From Octopus vulgaris (Eukaryota), in contig OX597828.1 of NCBI GenBank assembly GCA_951406725.2, forward strand, positions 49,104,001 to 49,168,000: a DNA stretch of 64,000 bases, read 5' to 3'. Under the pieces are notes generated by a model that was not told where the DNA came from, did no database searches, and saw nothing but the letters and a program-made list of their open reading frames with translations. Position numbers and translations under genes: made by a program. Shown one piece after another: positions 1 through 12,169 of the stretch (the stretch's first letter is position 1; every line of letters starts with the position of its first letter).

Positions 1-1055
1 ATGAGATCTCGCCAGCAGCCGTTACCATCTCTGAGACTGGACCGAGATCTCACCTGCATCCATTTGCCATGTGCAAGATCACAACGAGGCTCACGATGGC
101 AAACTGGATATAAGGGCCCAACAAACAGATTCTCTCTCTTTTCATGGCAAGTGCTTGCTAAACACACATCCGCTGGTTGGGCCTCCAGGCTAGTCCTGTC
201 TACACGTCGTATCTCCAGAGGTAATGGGCCCACGTTAATGGAGATACGAGATGTATACAGCTTGAGATGGTATACTGAGAGCGGGACACATCATTTATTC
301 TGTGTAACTATGTAAATAAACTGGTTGTGAATTTGCGTGATCGTTGCCAGAGCGGCTATCTGGCTTCTGCGCCAGTGGCATGTAAAAGACACCATTCGAG
401 CGTGATCGTTACCAGCATCGCCTTACAGGCACCTGTGCCGGTGGCATGTGTAAAAGATTCGAGCGAGATCGTTGCCAGTACCACCTGACTGGCCCCGTGC
501 CGGTTGCATGTAAAAGCACCCACTACACTCTCGAAGTGGTTGGCGTTAGGAAGGGCATCCAGCTGTAGAAACTCTGCCAAATCAGATTGGAGCCTGGTGC
601 AGCCTCCTGGCTTACCAGTCCTCAGTCGTTCGTCCAACCCATGCTAGCATGGAAAGCGGACATTAAATGCTGATGATGATGATGATGTCCCTGATGACTT
701 GAGAGGTCTTTCCTCGCCTGCTGGAGACTGAAACAGCACAAAGAACAATTTTAATGGGAGAAGGCGATGTTCATCCGATATCGTGAATCTTGCCTCCCAT
801 TATAAGGCTTTAGATCTAAATATTATGTCCTACCTGTGTTAGCAGTGTGGTTTGATCACTTTTTAAAGTTATCTTGACAGATTTTTGATAGAAATTAGAA
901 ATGTTTACCCCAGATATTCTGAGATGTTCTTAGTCATTATTTTGGTTCAATTCCTCTCTCTCTCTCTCTCTTTCTCACCAACGTTTACCAATTTTATCTA
1001 CCTATTTGTTTTTGGTGTTTTTTTTCTTATGCTTTACTTTCATTATAATTCAAAG

Positions 1056-1220
1056 GCAAATGATCTCGATCAAGTGAAAGAACTTGTTGAAGGTTTACAC
1101 AAAGTAAAAGGCATCAGTCGCTACAGTAGCAGAGCATTGTTCACCTGTTTGGACAATAACCATGAGGAACTTGCAAAGTTTTTGGTACTCAAAGGTTTCA
1201 GAACAAACATATGGAAACAG
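1056..1220 (+). CDS. Internal coding exon of a small ankyrin-repeat-like protein (gene A; 5' exons not located, probably upstream of the window)
   Basis: Pyrimidine-rich tract plus ttcaaag|GCA acceptor and AAACAG|gtaaaa donor; 165 nt, phase 0/0. Encodes ANDLDQVKELVEGLHKVKGISRYSSRALFTCLDNNHEELAKFLVLKGFRTNIWKQ; ALFTCLDNNHEELAKFLVLKG fits the ankyrin helix-turn-helix pattern. Confidence 0.8.
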
Positions 1221-1886
1221 GTAAAAATAAGGCCATTATTTCAAATATTTTTCATCTCAGATTTACAATCATTGTTTTAATGTCCACTTCGATGGGTCAG
1301 ATGGAATTTATTGAGGCAAGTTTTCCATGGTTGGGTGCTCTTCCTGTCACCAAGCGTCACCTGTCTCCTAGTAAGGTAATATTTCTTCATGGCCAGAACA
1401 TGCTCATCTCAGGAGACTGGAAATGAATAACACTGCTTGTATGACAGTGAAACTTGTTTACAGTCATCACATGATGTGAAGACATGTGTACACACACGAA
1501 CACACACACACACACACACACACATGCACACAAACACACACATACATACAAACATACACACACACGCACACAAACACACCACACAAACACACACACAACA
1601 TGCACACACACCTACACATGCACACACATGAGCACACATGCACACACAAACATACACACACACAAGCATACAGAAACACGCACTCAACATGCATACACAC
1701 CTACATGCACACACACACACATAAATACATATCTGTGATGAGCTTCCTTCAGTTTCCATCAACAAAATCTGTTCACAGCTACAATATTTAAAAACTGAAC
1801 TAGTTACCATTTCAAAAAATATTTCAAACATTTTTAGAAGATTCCACCCATGCCATTATCCCCATTGTCTCTCTCTTTTCTGCCAG

Positions 1887-2024
1887 TATGAGCCATGTTC
1901 TTCTGATGACCCGATGTGTGGGATGATGGAATGTTCTCACCGAGTGACATACTTAAAAGAAAAAGTTGAAGAACTCAAGATGTATGACTTGTTAAAACTT
2001 ATAGAAGATGTCGAATCTGGAAAG
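1887..2024 (+). CDS. Next coding exon of gene A
   Basis: ctctctcttttctgccag| acceptor and GGAAAG|gtaata donor; 138 nt open in phase 0, in frame with the previous exon: YEPCSSDDPMCGMMECSHRVTYLKEKVEELKMYDLLKLIEDVESGK. Confidence 0.8.
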
Positions 2025-2128
2025 GTAATATAGATATACATATATATATATATATTTAATTTTTCTATAGGATGTAATTTTTTCTAAATGGTATAATTTA
2101 ATTTTTTCATTGTTGAATTGATAAAAGG

Positions 2129-2234
<106 letters not shown>

Positions 2235-2305
2235 TATTTTCTAAAATTTGATTTAGTATTTCTAAATTGAATTTTTCCCTGTAAGTTTAGAATAATATTC
2301 CCTAA

Positions 2306-2361
<56 letters not shown>

Positions 2362-2369
2362 CATAAAAC

Positions 2370-3105
2370 ATTAATGGAATTGTATCTTTGTGGTACCAGT
2401 GCCGGTGGCACACAAGAAAACCATCCGAACGTGGCCGTAGCCAGTACCGCATAACCTGTGGCCATAACCTGTGTCGGTGGACATAAAAACACCTGTCAGC
2501 CATAACCTGTGGCCCCTACCTGGGACGTAGTCAGTCCACCTGTGCATACCTTGCTTCTTGTGACACTTGTGAAAACCTGTTGAGGCAAGTGAAAATCAAA
2601 ACAAATCAAAATAGATGAACATCAATGGAATTTGTATCTTTGTGGTACCAGTGCCAGTGGCATGTGGCACACAAGAAAACCATCCGAACGTGGCCGTAGC
2701 CAGTACCGCATCGACTGGCCTTCGTGCTGTGGGCACGTAACAAACACCATCCGATCGTGGCCGTTTGCCAGCCTCATCTGGCACCTGTGTCGGTGGCACA
2801 TAAAAACACCATCCGAGCGTGGCCGTCTGCCAGCCTCGTCTGGCACCTGTGTCGGTGGCACATAAAAAACACCATCCGAGCGTGGCCGTTTGCCAGCCTC
2901 GTCTGGCACCTGTGTCGGTGGCACATAAAATCACCCACTACACTCTCGGAGTGGTTGGCATTAGGAAGGGCATCCAGCCGTAGAAACACTGCCAGATCTG
3001 ACTGGACTGGTGCAGCTTTCGGGCTCCCCAGACCCCAGTTGAACCGTCCAACCCATGCTAGCATGGAAAGCGGACGTTAAATGATGATGATGATGATGAT
3101 GATGA
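2370..3105 (+). mobile_element. Repeat family C (internal ~57-bp tandem units, RTE-like 3' end, (GAT)n tail); representative copy
   Basis: Other copies at about 335-686+, 3880-4125-, 22445-22697+, 27463-27785-, 29889-30295-, 35166-35420+, 47641-47913+, 50180-50602+, 56834-57035-, 58628-58965-. Copies end in ccaacccatgctagcatggaaagcggacgttaaacgatgatg or close variants. Confidence 0.88.
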
Positions 3106-3339
3106 TATAATATCTCTCTCACCTTAATAATATTTCACTCCACCTTTGTATTCTGTCACTTGAACTTTCACTCAAATTTCATGTATAGTCACTACAAGTA
3201 TCACTCAGATAAATCTTCACTGAAGTCTTCCTCAACTATAATATATCCTTACTGGTGTCACACTCCAATTCGCTATACCCTCTCTTCCAGCTTCACTCAA
3301 CCTTCATATGTCCTCACCTCATTTTTACTATAGATTTTG

Positions 3340-4435
3340 CTATAATAATAATGAGGTAATCAGCATAAAGGAGTTCCTCTAAGCATCCAGTCTTAAAATC
3401 TTGTGTTATGGCCCAGAGGACAATGAGATGGATTGGTGGGGACTGAGGACTAAACCCTTGTGAACTCCTACCAGCACACTCAATTCATTGTTGTATTCCT
3501 CTTAGTTAAATCTCACCTTTTTAACAGAACCCCTGTACATGGTTTTATGAACCCCCACAAGTCTTTCACCTATACTTAACTTCCTTACCAACCACCAGAT
3601 CACAAAGTGAGGGACCCTGGTTGAATGCTTTCTCCAGGTCAACAAATGCTTGGTACAGTGGTGACTTATTTTTAGCTAAATACTTCTCCCGCAGTTGTCT
3701 TACCAGGAAGAGGGCATCTGTGGTACTTTTCCCCAGCACAAAACCAAACTGCAAAACCTAATTAGTTGAACTGTAACTTTCATGACCTGGTCCAACAATT
3801 TGATACACCTGTAAGCACACTACTCTAAGGCATCTCCCTTACCTTTGTAACATTTAACTATAATGCTGCTACACTAGTCATCATCATCATCGTTTAACAT
3901 CTGTTGTCCATGTTGGCATGGGTTGGACGGTTTGACTAGAGCTGGCAAGCTGGAGGGGCTGCACCAGACTCCAGGCTGATCTGGCATGGTTTCTACAGCT
4001 GGATGCCCTTCCTAACACCAAGCCCTTTTCAGAGTGTGTTGAGTGCTTTTACATGGCACCACACAGGTGCTTTAGCATAGCACCACATGGGCACTTTTAT
4101 GTGGCACTGCACAAGTGCTTTTATATGGGTATAACAGTCAATGAGTATAACAGTTATTGGGTATAAGTCATTGAGTATAACAGTCATTGGGTATAAGAGT
4201 CACTGGGTATAACAGCTTCCTGTACAACCTGATTAACAATGCAGTTAAATAGGCCATAAGCCACTCCACCAGACATTTTAAACATCTCAGCAATGATTCC
4301 TGACAGCCCAGAGGCTTTCCCTGTCTTCATATCCTTAACTGCTTTATCTATCAAACTGCCATCAATTAGAATAGCTGGTCCCTCTGTTGGGGGTCATGTT
4401 GGGCAGATTCTCTTTTTCCCATGCATTCCCACCCA
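3340..4435 (-). mobile_element. Decayed RTE-type LINE reverse transcriptase fragment, interrupted by a family C repeat (about 3880-4125)
   Basis: QFGFVLGKSTTDALFLVRQLREKYLAKNKSPLYQAFVDLEKAFN; colinear with the 47.9-48.4 kb copy. Confidence 0.85.
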
Positions 4436-4442
4436 CTAAATG

Positions 4443-4660
4443 TGGAGGCGCATGGCTTAATGGTTAAGGTGTTAGACTCATGATCGTAAGGTTATGGTTT
4501 CTATTCCTGGACCAGGCAACACATTGTGTTCTTGAGCAAAACACTTCATTTCACATTACTCCAGTCCACTCAACTGGCAAAAGTGAGTAATCCTGCAATG
4601 AAACCGGGAAACCGCCATTATGAGTCAACATAATTTGAGAAGATAACTTTACCTACCTAC
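4443..4660 (+). mobile_element. SINE family D (tRNA head; tgtgttcttgagcaaaacacttcatttcac core)
   Basis: Related copies at about 24510-24665+, 36235-36540-, 49170-49400- and 50714-50900+. Confidence 0.7.
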
Positions 4661-4785
4661 CTACCTACTCACCTAAATACTGATTAGTCTTTCCTATCTA
4701 AATTCATGGTTACTAATCAAAAGAAATTTATAATCAAACAATATAAACATTGTAAGATATTTTTTTTTATTTCTATTTATCACAG

Positions 4786-4833
4786 GTGAAAACAGACCAT
4801 ACATATCCCGATCCACCGGTCTATTGTCCTTAG
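4786..4833 (+). CDS. Terminal coding exon of gene A
   Basis: tttttttatttctatttatcacag| acceptor, phase 0, encodes VKTDHTYPDPPVYCP then TAG; followed by AT-rich unique sequence consistent with a 3' UTR. Confidence 0.7.
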   Translation: MKTDHTYPDPPVYCP

Positions 4834-5120
4834 AATATCTTGCAGAAATGAAGAATTTATTCCAAAGTTATTCTTACCAATTCATTCCAATAATATTGTC
4901 TTCAACCAATCCAAGACCAACATTTCTCTGTCCTTTCCGTAAGAAATTTGAGAGAAATAAAGAATTTATTCCAAAATTATTCCTATCAAGTCATGCCAAT
5001 GATATTACCCTCAACAAATCCAGACTCACATCTCTCTGTCCTTAAGAAATTTTAAGAAATGAAGAATTTATTCAAAAATTTTCCTTATCAATCCATTCAA
5101 ATGATATTGTCTTCCAGCAA
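4825..5120 (+). repeat. Three diverged ~105-bp tandem units starting at the gene A stop region
   Basis: Units start with tgtcct at 4825, 4929 and 5037. Each contains agaaat(g/a)aagaatttattc(c/a)aaa followed later by aat(g/a)atatt. Confidence 0.8.
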
Positions 5121-5975
5121 GCTTTATGATTGTAATATGCTTGAGATCCACGTGCATCGATGAAGTATCAATCACCCTCACTTCACCTTAACAAATCATG
5201 TTTTTTTATCCCTCTTTTAATTTTTAGTTCTTTTTGTTATGTTGATGATGATGATAAGTCACACAACATATAAACTGAAAGAACTTTACTGTTTCAAGAA
5301 GAATTGGTACAAAAGATATTCAGATACCAAAAGTTCTAATGGAACAAAGCCACATATAAATCTAAAAAAATTCTAAAATTTCATATGTTAAAGTTAATAA
5401 AATACAAATTCTACAAGCTGCTTCTCTATTTCTTCTTCTTCTTCTCCTTATTCTCTATATAATTAGATAGTTTCCAACCACATGGTTTTCAGGGTCAGTC
5501 CCACTGCATGGTACCAGGTCAACCAAAGCCTTGTGAGTGGATTTGATCAATGGAAACTGAAAGATGTTTGTCTTTGTGTCTGTGTTTGTCCCCACCGCTG
5601 TTAGACATCCGGACTTTGTGTGTTTACATCCCCATGAATTAGAAGTTCGACAGAGACTGATAGAATAAGTACCAGGCTTTTAAAAGAAATTAGTTTCAGC
5701 ATTGATTTATTCGACAAAAAAATTCTTCAAGGCGGTGCCCCAGCATGGCCATATTCTAATGATCAAAACAAGTAAAAGATAAAGAATAATTACACAAGTC
5801 ATCACTTATTATCAAATCATCAGATGTGGATAACTTTTATACATAACACCGTTGCCTTAAAATGATAACAAAATTCATCATCATGATGGCTAGACACAGT
5901 GAAAATATACTACATCAGTGACATCACCATCATTTAGCATCCCTTTTTTTCCATGCTGGCATGGGTTGGATGGTT

Positions 5976-6198
5976 TGGCAGAATCGTTAGCACGCCGGAC
6001 GAAATGCGTAGCCATATTTCATCTGCCGTTACGTTCTGAGTTCAAATTCCGCCGAGGTCGACTTTGCCTTTCATCCTTTTGGGGTCGATAAATTAAGTAC
6101 CAGTTACACACTGGGGTCGATGTAATCGACTTAATCCATGTGTCTGTCCTTGTTTGTCCCCTCTGTGTTTAGCCCCTTGTGGGTAGTAAAGAAATAGG
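5976..6198 (+). mobile_element. SINE family B (tRNA-like head; gagttcaaattccgccgaggtcgactttgcctttcatcc core); representative copy
   Basis: Other copies at about 6540-6758-, 12750-12950+, 12970-13127+, 20089-20230+, 52475-52653+, 57832-58010+, and several in 59230-59870-. Confidence 0.88.
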
Positions 6199-7410
6199 CT
6201 TGACAAGACTGATGAGCCAAAGGGTTCCACCAGGTTCTATTTCTGCTTTGATGTTGTATCTATAGCTGGATGCTCTTCCTAATGTCAACAGCTTTACAGC
6301 ATGTGCCGAGTGCTTTTTATGTGGCACCAGCACCAGTGAGGTTGCCAAGTACCCACAAGCTAAAACCCTTCAACTGAGTGGAGTACGGACAGGTACTTTG
6401 TGCCAGGTGAATAGAAGTTAGAGTATGAATAGAAGAACAGGAATAGGTGCCTCGCAGGAGAGGCGATACATGACCACCCCAACTGGAAAAAGAAGGAGGA
6501 AGAATTTATCATGCACACACATATACACATATATATCTATTGCTTTATTGCCCACAGGAGGCTAAACATAGAGGGGACAAACAAAGGCATTAAGTCGATT
6601 ACATCGACCCAGTGCATAACTGGTACTTATTTAATCGACCCTGACAGGATGAAAGGCAAAGTCGGCCTCGGCGGAATTTGAACTCAGAACATAATGGCAG
6701 ATGAAATACCACTAAGCACTTCGCCCGGTGTGCTAATGATTCTACCAGCTCGCCGCCCTAAATACATATATATTTTGATGAGCCATGCTCGAAATGTTAC
6801 ACGTTCCCTCTTTTTTTTTCCATCTTAAACTAGGCATCAACCTAATACATTTACTGTGTACATCCTTTTATTTTTGTTGTTTTTGGTTTTATTTTCGAGC
6901 AGGTTTAAACACACGCAACACTTCCTGTTCATCTGGTTCATTAAAGTGCAATTATTTCTTTGTTATTCATAGTTGTTATAAGCAACATCTTAAACATTTC
7001 TAGGGTTGCTATGTCACAGATAAATCTAGGATTACAATATCAATGTACTGTCTGGCGTCACTGGAAATTTTATTCTTGGTGCAAAAAAAATCTGGGGAGT
7101 GTTCTTAATCTTTTAATCTCTGATAAACTACACACGTTGGTTGATATCCAGTGTTGATCATTAATTCAGTAATGTCAGGGGAGAATCTTATCAAAGAATT
7201 CTTTCTCATGTGAACATGATAAAATACGATGTTGTGGCATTCATTCTTCTCTGAAGGACATTGGCAACATAAGGGGGACGTAAAAGGATTCATATTGAAA
7301 GTCAGAAGTTTGGGAAAGGGAGAAGAGAATGTAGGATATTTGTTATTTTTCTTAAAAATAAACTATATACACAAACACATGGGTATATGTATACACACAC
7401 ACATACATAC

Positions 7411-8550
7411 AAATAATAGTTGTTTTCAATTGCATGGACTAAAAGGCAAAGGGGAACAGGATAAACTACCTGCATCAACTTGCTATAAAAGCGGGTAGTA
7501 ATTTTACCTTGTCCTTATTCTTAGTGCAAGTTTTGAAGAGTGCAGTTTGATTTTTTAGTTTTCTATTCAAAAGCTATAGAAGTGACAAAAGAGTATATTC
7601 GGCATATTTTGCTTTGTGAGTTCAATAAAGGCAACAACACAACGGAAAGTGTGAGGAATATTAATGCAGTATATGGGGATCAGATAAGTGTAAGCCAGTG
7701 TTAATGGTGGTTCCAGAAATTCCAAGCCGGAAACCACAGCCAAGAAGACAAGCCTCATCCTGGAAGATCTGTAGAGCTCGATGAGGATGTCCTGCAAACC
7801 CTGGTGGAACAAAATCCCATTGTAACTGTTGAGGAACTAGCAGAGAAGCTTGGATTTAGTCTTTCAACCATTCATCGACACCTGCACGCCATCGGAAAAG
7901 TCAGCAAATTGGGTCAGTGGGTTCCTCACAAACTTTCCGAGTCTAATCATGGAGAGAGAGTGAATGTGTGCTCTTCTTTGCTGTCATGTCTCACGAACGA
8001 ACCATTTTTAGACCAAATAGAGACTGGTGATGAGAAATGGGTTCTCTATAAAAATGTCAAATGCCCAAGACAGTGAATAGGGAAAGGAGTAACATCAGCA
8101 ACCCAGGCTACAGAAGGTCTTCACCCATATAAGGTGTTGTTATCTGTTTGGTGGAATATGAAAGATTTAGTCCACTTTGAACTTTTAAACCCAAACCAAA
8201 CAATAACAAAGGAGAGCTACTGTGAGCAGCTTGAGTGGCTTAAGTCAGTGCTTGAAGAAAAATGACCATCTTTGGTTTCAAGACGAAAAGTGTTCTTCCA
8301 TCAGGATAATGCTCGGTTACATACAGTGAGGATGATATTCCAAAGGCTGGAGCAGTTTGAATGGGAAACAATGCCCGCTCACCATATGCACCAGACATTA
8401 AACCATCTGATTATCATTTATTCTGCAGTTTTCAAAATCATTTGGACAGGAAAAATATGAATTCTATAGACGAGGTCAGAAGAGTACTGGAGGAGTAGTT
8501 TTCTTTGTGGACAAGTGAATTTTCAAAGAAGGGCCTTGCAAGTCTACCTA
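7411..8550 (+). mobile_element. Decayed mariner transposon (transposase pseudogene)
   Basis: Fragments with HTH (TVEELAEKLGFSLSTIHRHLHAIGK), WVPHKL, TGDEKWVLY, FHQDNAR and PSDYHLF motifs, broken by stops and frameshifts. Confidence 0.92.
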
Positions 8551-8568
8551 TATATATTGTACCTATAT

Positions 8569-8620
<52 letters not shown>

Positions 8621-9146
8621 TTTTAATCTTTTACTTGTTTCAGTTATTTGACTGTGGCCATGCTGGAGCACCAAATTAAAGTATTTTAGTTGAAGAAATC
8701 GACCCCAGGGCATATTCTTTGTAAGCCTAGTGCTTATTCAATCAGTCTTTTTTGCTGAACCACTAAATTATAGGGATGTAAACACACCAACATCAATTGA
8801 CAAACAATGGTGGAGATGACAAACACAGATATGGACACACACATAAATATATACATATATATGTATGTATACATATATATACAAAGAGTTTCTTTCATTT
8901 TCTGTCTACCAAATTCACTCACAATGCTTTGGTCAGCTCAAGGCAATAGTAGACACTTGCTTAAGTAACAGGCAGTGGGACTGAACCCAGAAACATGTGG
9001 TTGGGAAGTAAGCTTCTTACCACACAGCCATGCCCGTGATTATATATGGTTCCAGGTTCAGTTCCACTGCATGGTACCTTTTTGCTATAGCCTCGAGCTG
9101 GTAGACATAGACTGAAAGAAGCACGTTGTGTATATATATAATATAC

Positions 9147-9223
<77 letters not shown>

Positions 9224-9452
9224 CACACACACACAGGGTGTAATGGGTAAATTGTTGCCATTTTATATTTTTAATTTCGTGTGTGCGCATTTTTGTTTTT
9301 GGTGCGTTTACATCCCTATAACCAAGCAGTTCGACGAAATGGACCGATAGAATAAGTCCTGGGGGTAGATTTCTTCGACTAGAACCTTGTTAAGGCAGTG
9401 CTCCAGCAAGGCCGCAGTGAAATGACTGAAACCAGGATAAATATATATATTA

Positions 9453-9467
9453 GACAGACAGAGAGAC

Positions 9468-9508
<41 letters not shown>

Positions 9509-9562
9509 GGTAGGTAGGTAGGTAGGTAGGTAGGAAGGTAGGTAGGTAGGTAGGTAGGTAGG

Positions 9563-9626
<64 letters not shown>
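9453..9626. repeat. Compound tetranucleotide microsatellite (GACA)n(GGTA)n(GATA)n
   Basis: Directly visible. Confidence 0.95.
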
Positions 9627-9627
<1 letters not shown>

Positions 9628-10644
9628 TACTGCACATTTTGTCTGTGAAGACCATCAATTACAGAACAGACAGGTCTTTAATCCTCTTACTTGCAACAAT
9701 CGTTGCTTTCCAAACAATAATCTTTGCCTATAGAAATATGTATGCATGCATGTATACATACGTACATATGTATGTATACATATAATTGTGTGTGCGCACG
9801 ACATTGTATTATAAACTTGTACCAACTGAAACCATCTTTGCTGCTTGGCCGACCATAGATCCTTACTACTGTGAAGTAAATTACTGTTTTGCAGACATAA
9901 TTCTATTAATCTAATCCATCATTCTTCAACAAGTCGGCACTTGTCCATTCTGACATTACAATTTCACTTCTTAACTGAGTGTGCGACGAATTTTGTTTTA
10001 TTCCGAATGTTTTATTCGGTTTGATTTTATGCAATTTTAAACAACTTAGAAACATGTCAAATGATTGTAAATGGTGGATGAACGAATGGGAGAGGAGGAG
10101 GTGGAAGAAAAGTAATGAAGGGGAGGGAGGTACTTACAGGGGAGAGGGGTAGGAAAGAAAGGGAGTAAGGGACAGAGGGAGTGAGCGATAGGTAAGAACG
10201 GGAGAGGAATTAACGTTTAGCAATGTACTCTAACTTCCTTTCAATTGCACACGTTAATATAATCATACACAATGACAAATGTATGTAATACACATATCCA
10301 CAGACATATGCATATATATATATATTACATGGTATATGTATATACGTACGTATGTATGTATGTATGCATATAAATGTTTTTATGTACATGTATGTATGTA
10401 TGTGTGGAAAAGAAAGAGAAGGGGAGACTCTGTTATCTCTAAGGAGACAAATATATATTAAAAGCCCAGAGTTTAATCTTTCAACAACGCGACGGTATAT
10501 CATCACACAACAATAAAACGAGTATTTCTAATTAGACATTTATGGTAATTATGTAACACAAGAATTGCTCCACTAAACACCGAACTCAATAAATCATGAG
10601 ACACTCATAAAACACAAAGAGTGGTAGTAATAGTAGAGGTAATA

Positions 10645-10672
10645 GTCTCCAGCAAGACGTTTCCAGGATAAC
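10645..10672. promoter_or_regulatory. Tandem RFX X-box-like 14-mers (candidate promoter of gene B)
   Basis: GTCTCCAGCAAGAC (10645-10658) directly followed by GTTTCCAGGATAAC (10659-10672); the second resembles GTNRCC-N-RGYAAC. Lies in unique sequence just before a candidate exon. Confidence 0.35.
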
Positions 10673-10679
10673 CAAACCG

Positions 10680-10852
10680 TTTCAGCCTCAGAATGGATGT
10701 AGAAATGCTGCTACCGTCATTCTTAAGAGATCATTTTATGTAGGACCAGAATTCTTGACGTTCTTCTATTGATATTTGGAATCTGAACATATCTTTTCGC
10801 TTTCTTGCTTCCTTCTACCTCTTTTGGCTATATTCCTTATTTCAAAAAACAG
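10680..10852 (+). other. Candidate non-coding first exon (5' UTR) of gene B with a 16-codon uORF
   Basis: Unique sequence ending in AACAG|gtaaac followed by T-rich intron-like DNA; uORF at 10693-10743 (MDVEMLLPSFLRDHFM*). Gene B needs an upstream exon because its coding exon begins at an acceptor. The start coordinate is approximate. Confidence 0.35.
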
Positions 10853-10948
10853 GTAAACCAAATTAATTGTTCCGTTTCATTTTTTATGCAAATATTTATA
10901 AAACTTTTTTTTTTTTTTTCATTCAGTTAATTTATTAATTGACATTTG

Positions 10949-11369
10949 GGATCTTTTCGGTTTGAACGGCAGTTTTTTTCTAGCGGTCTCATATGAAATT
11001 GTCACCCATAATTATGACCCTAGTATCGATCTATTGCATTTCAATCTGTTTTAGGGTTAGGGTTAGGAGTTGGGGAGAAGGGTATCTTTTTTTTATTCAC
11101 AAATGTAAATAAACCCAATCTGTTTCTTAAACGAGGGACATATTCATACGGCACAGAATGTTTTCACCTCAATAGACGTCATTGATTGGTTGAAATTGCA
11201 GAAATTGAAGGAAAAAAACAACAAATATCTTACAAACTATAGAATTTTCTCAATAAAGCCAAGAGAAAAAGATGTTTTATAAACACATTCTACCAGTATA
11301 CGAAGTTTAAAAGTGTTTAGTTACGTGGAAATTATTTTTAAAAACTGCCGTTCAAAACCGAAAAGATCC
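10949..11369. mobile_element. MITE, Merlin-like (GG..CC termini, 8-bp TSD), with internal TTAGGG repeats
   Basis: TIRs ggatcttttcggtttgaacggcagttttt / aaaaactgccgttcaaaaccgaaaagatcc; exact TSD gacatttg at 10941-10948 and 11370-11377; ttagggttagggttagg at about 11051-11067. Confidence 0.9.
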
Positions 11370-11715
11370 GACATTTGAATTAACGCGGATGGAAATTTGT
11401 TTTGTTTTGTCTTTCATCCTGAAATGTCTCGAAATTTTTGCCAAGGTGGACTTAACCTTTCGTTCCGTCTGGATAGGTAAAAATAAAGTACCATCGACGT
11501 TTCCTCTCTTCTTCAAAATTGGTGTCCTTGTGCCTGTATCAGAAAAAGATTAGTATTTTGTGTTGGATTCTTTCGTTTTTAAAGGCGTCTGCAACTTTAG
11601 CGTTTGAAATTTCGGTTGAAATGGTTAATTCGGCCATAGTTTATGTACATATACACACGCACGCATACACACACATATAAGTACATACATACATATATGT
11701 ATGTGTGTGTGTGTG

Positions 11716-11763
<48 letters not shown>

Positions 11764-11766
<3 letters not shown>

Positions 11767-12169
11767 TTTTACTCTTTTACTTGTTTCAGTCATTTGACTG
11801 CGGCCATGCTGGAGCACCGCCTTTTAGTCGAGCAAATCGACCCCGGGACTTATTCTTTGTAAGCCCAGTACTTATTCTATCGGTCTCTTTTGCCGAACCG
11901 CTAAGTGACGGGGACGTAAACACACCAGCATCGGTTGTCAAGCAATGCTAGGGGGACAAATACAGACACACAAGCACACATACACATATACATATATATA
12001 CATATATACGACAGGCTTCTTTCAGTTTCCGTCTACCAAATCCACTCACAAGGCATTGGTCTGCCCGGGGCTATAGCAGAAGGCACTTGCCCAAGATGCC
12101 ACGCAGTGGGACTGAACCCGGAACCATGTGGTTGGTAAGCAAGCTACTTACCACACAGCCACTCCTGCG
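11764..12169 (-). mobile_element. SINE family A (tRNA-derived head, central TA/TG microsatellite, gtaaaaga tail); representative copy
   Basis: A-box tggctgtgtggtaag and B-box ggttcagtccc. Other copies at about 5470-5782+, 8618-9035-, 14079-14468+, 16934-17368-, 23470-23855-, 25676-26055-, 26440-26800-, 27045-27428-, 29130-29490+, 31315-31735+, 33375-33795+, 34183-34610+, 35792-36197-, 39146-39535+, 47222-47475-, 49750-50131+, 51236-51629-, 55971-56380+, 56396-56825+, 62552-62959-, 63412-63791+. Confidence 0.92.

Noticed and set aside
1-320. 104-aa ORF / possible LTR fragment
   Set aside because: No recognisable protein motif; the element boundary lies outside the window, so it cannot be classified.
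885-1280. 131-aa ORF with an apparent hydrophobic N-terminus
   Set aside because: The hydrophobic part is the intron's T-rich tract; only 1056-1220 is bounded by splice sites.
2700-2930. Regularly spaced repeats resembling a CRISPR array
   Set aside because: The units are whole tandem repeats without unique spacers, lie inside a dispersed eukaryotic retroposon, and no cas genes are present.
11935-12138. Recurrent peptides such as DRLLSVSVYQIHSQG..CPRCHAVGLNPEPCGW
   Set aside because: Antisense translation of SINE family A; the recurrence reflects copy number, not a protein family.
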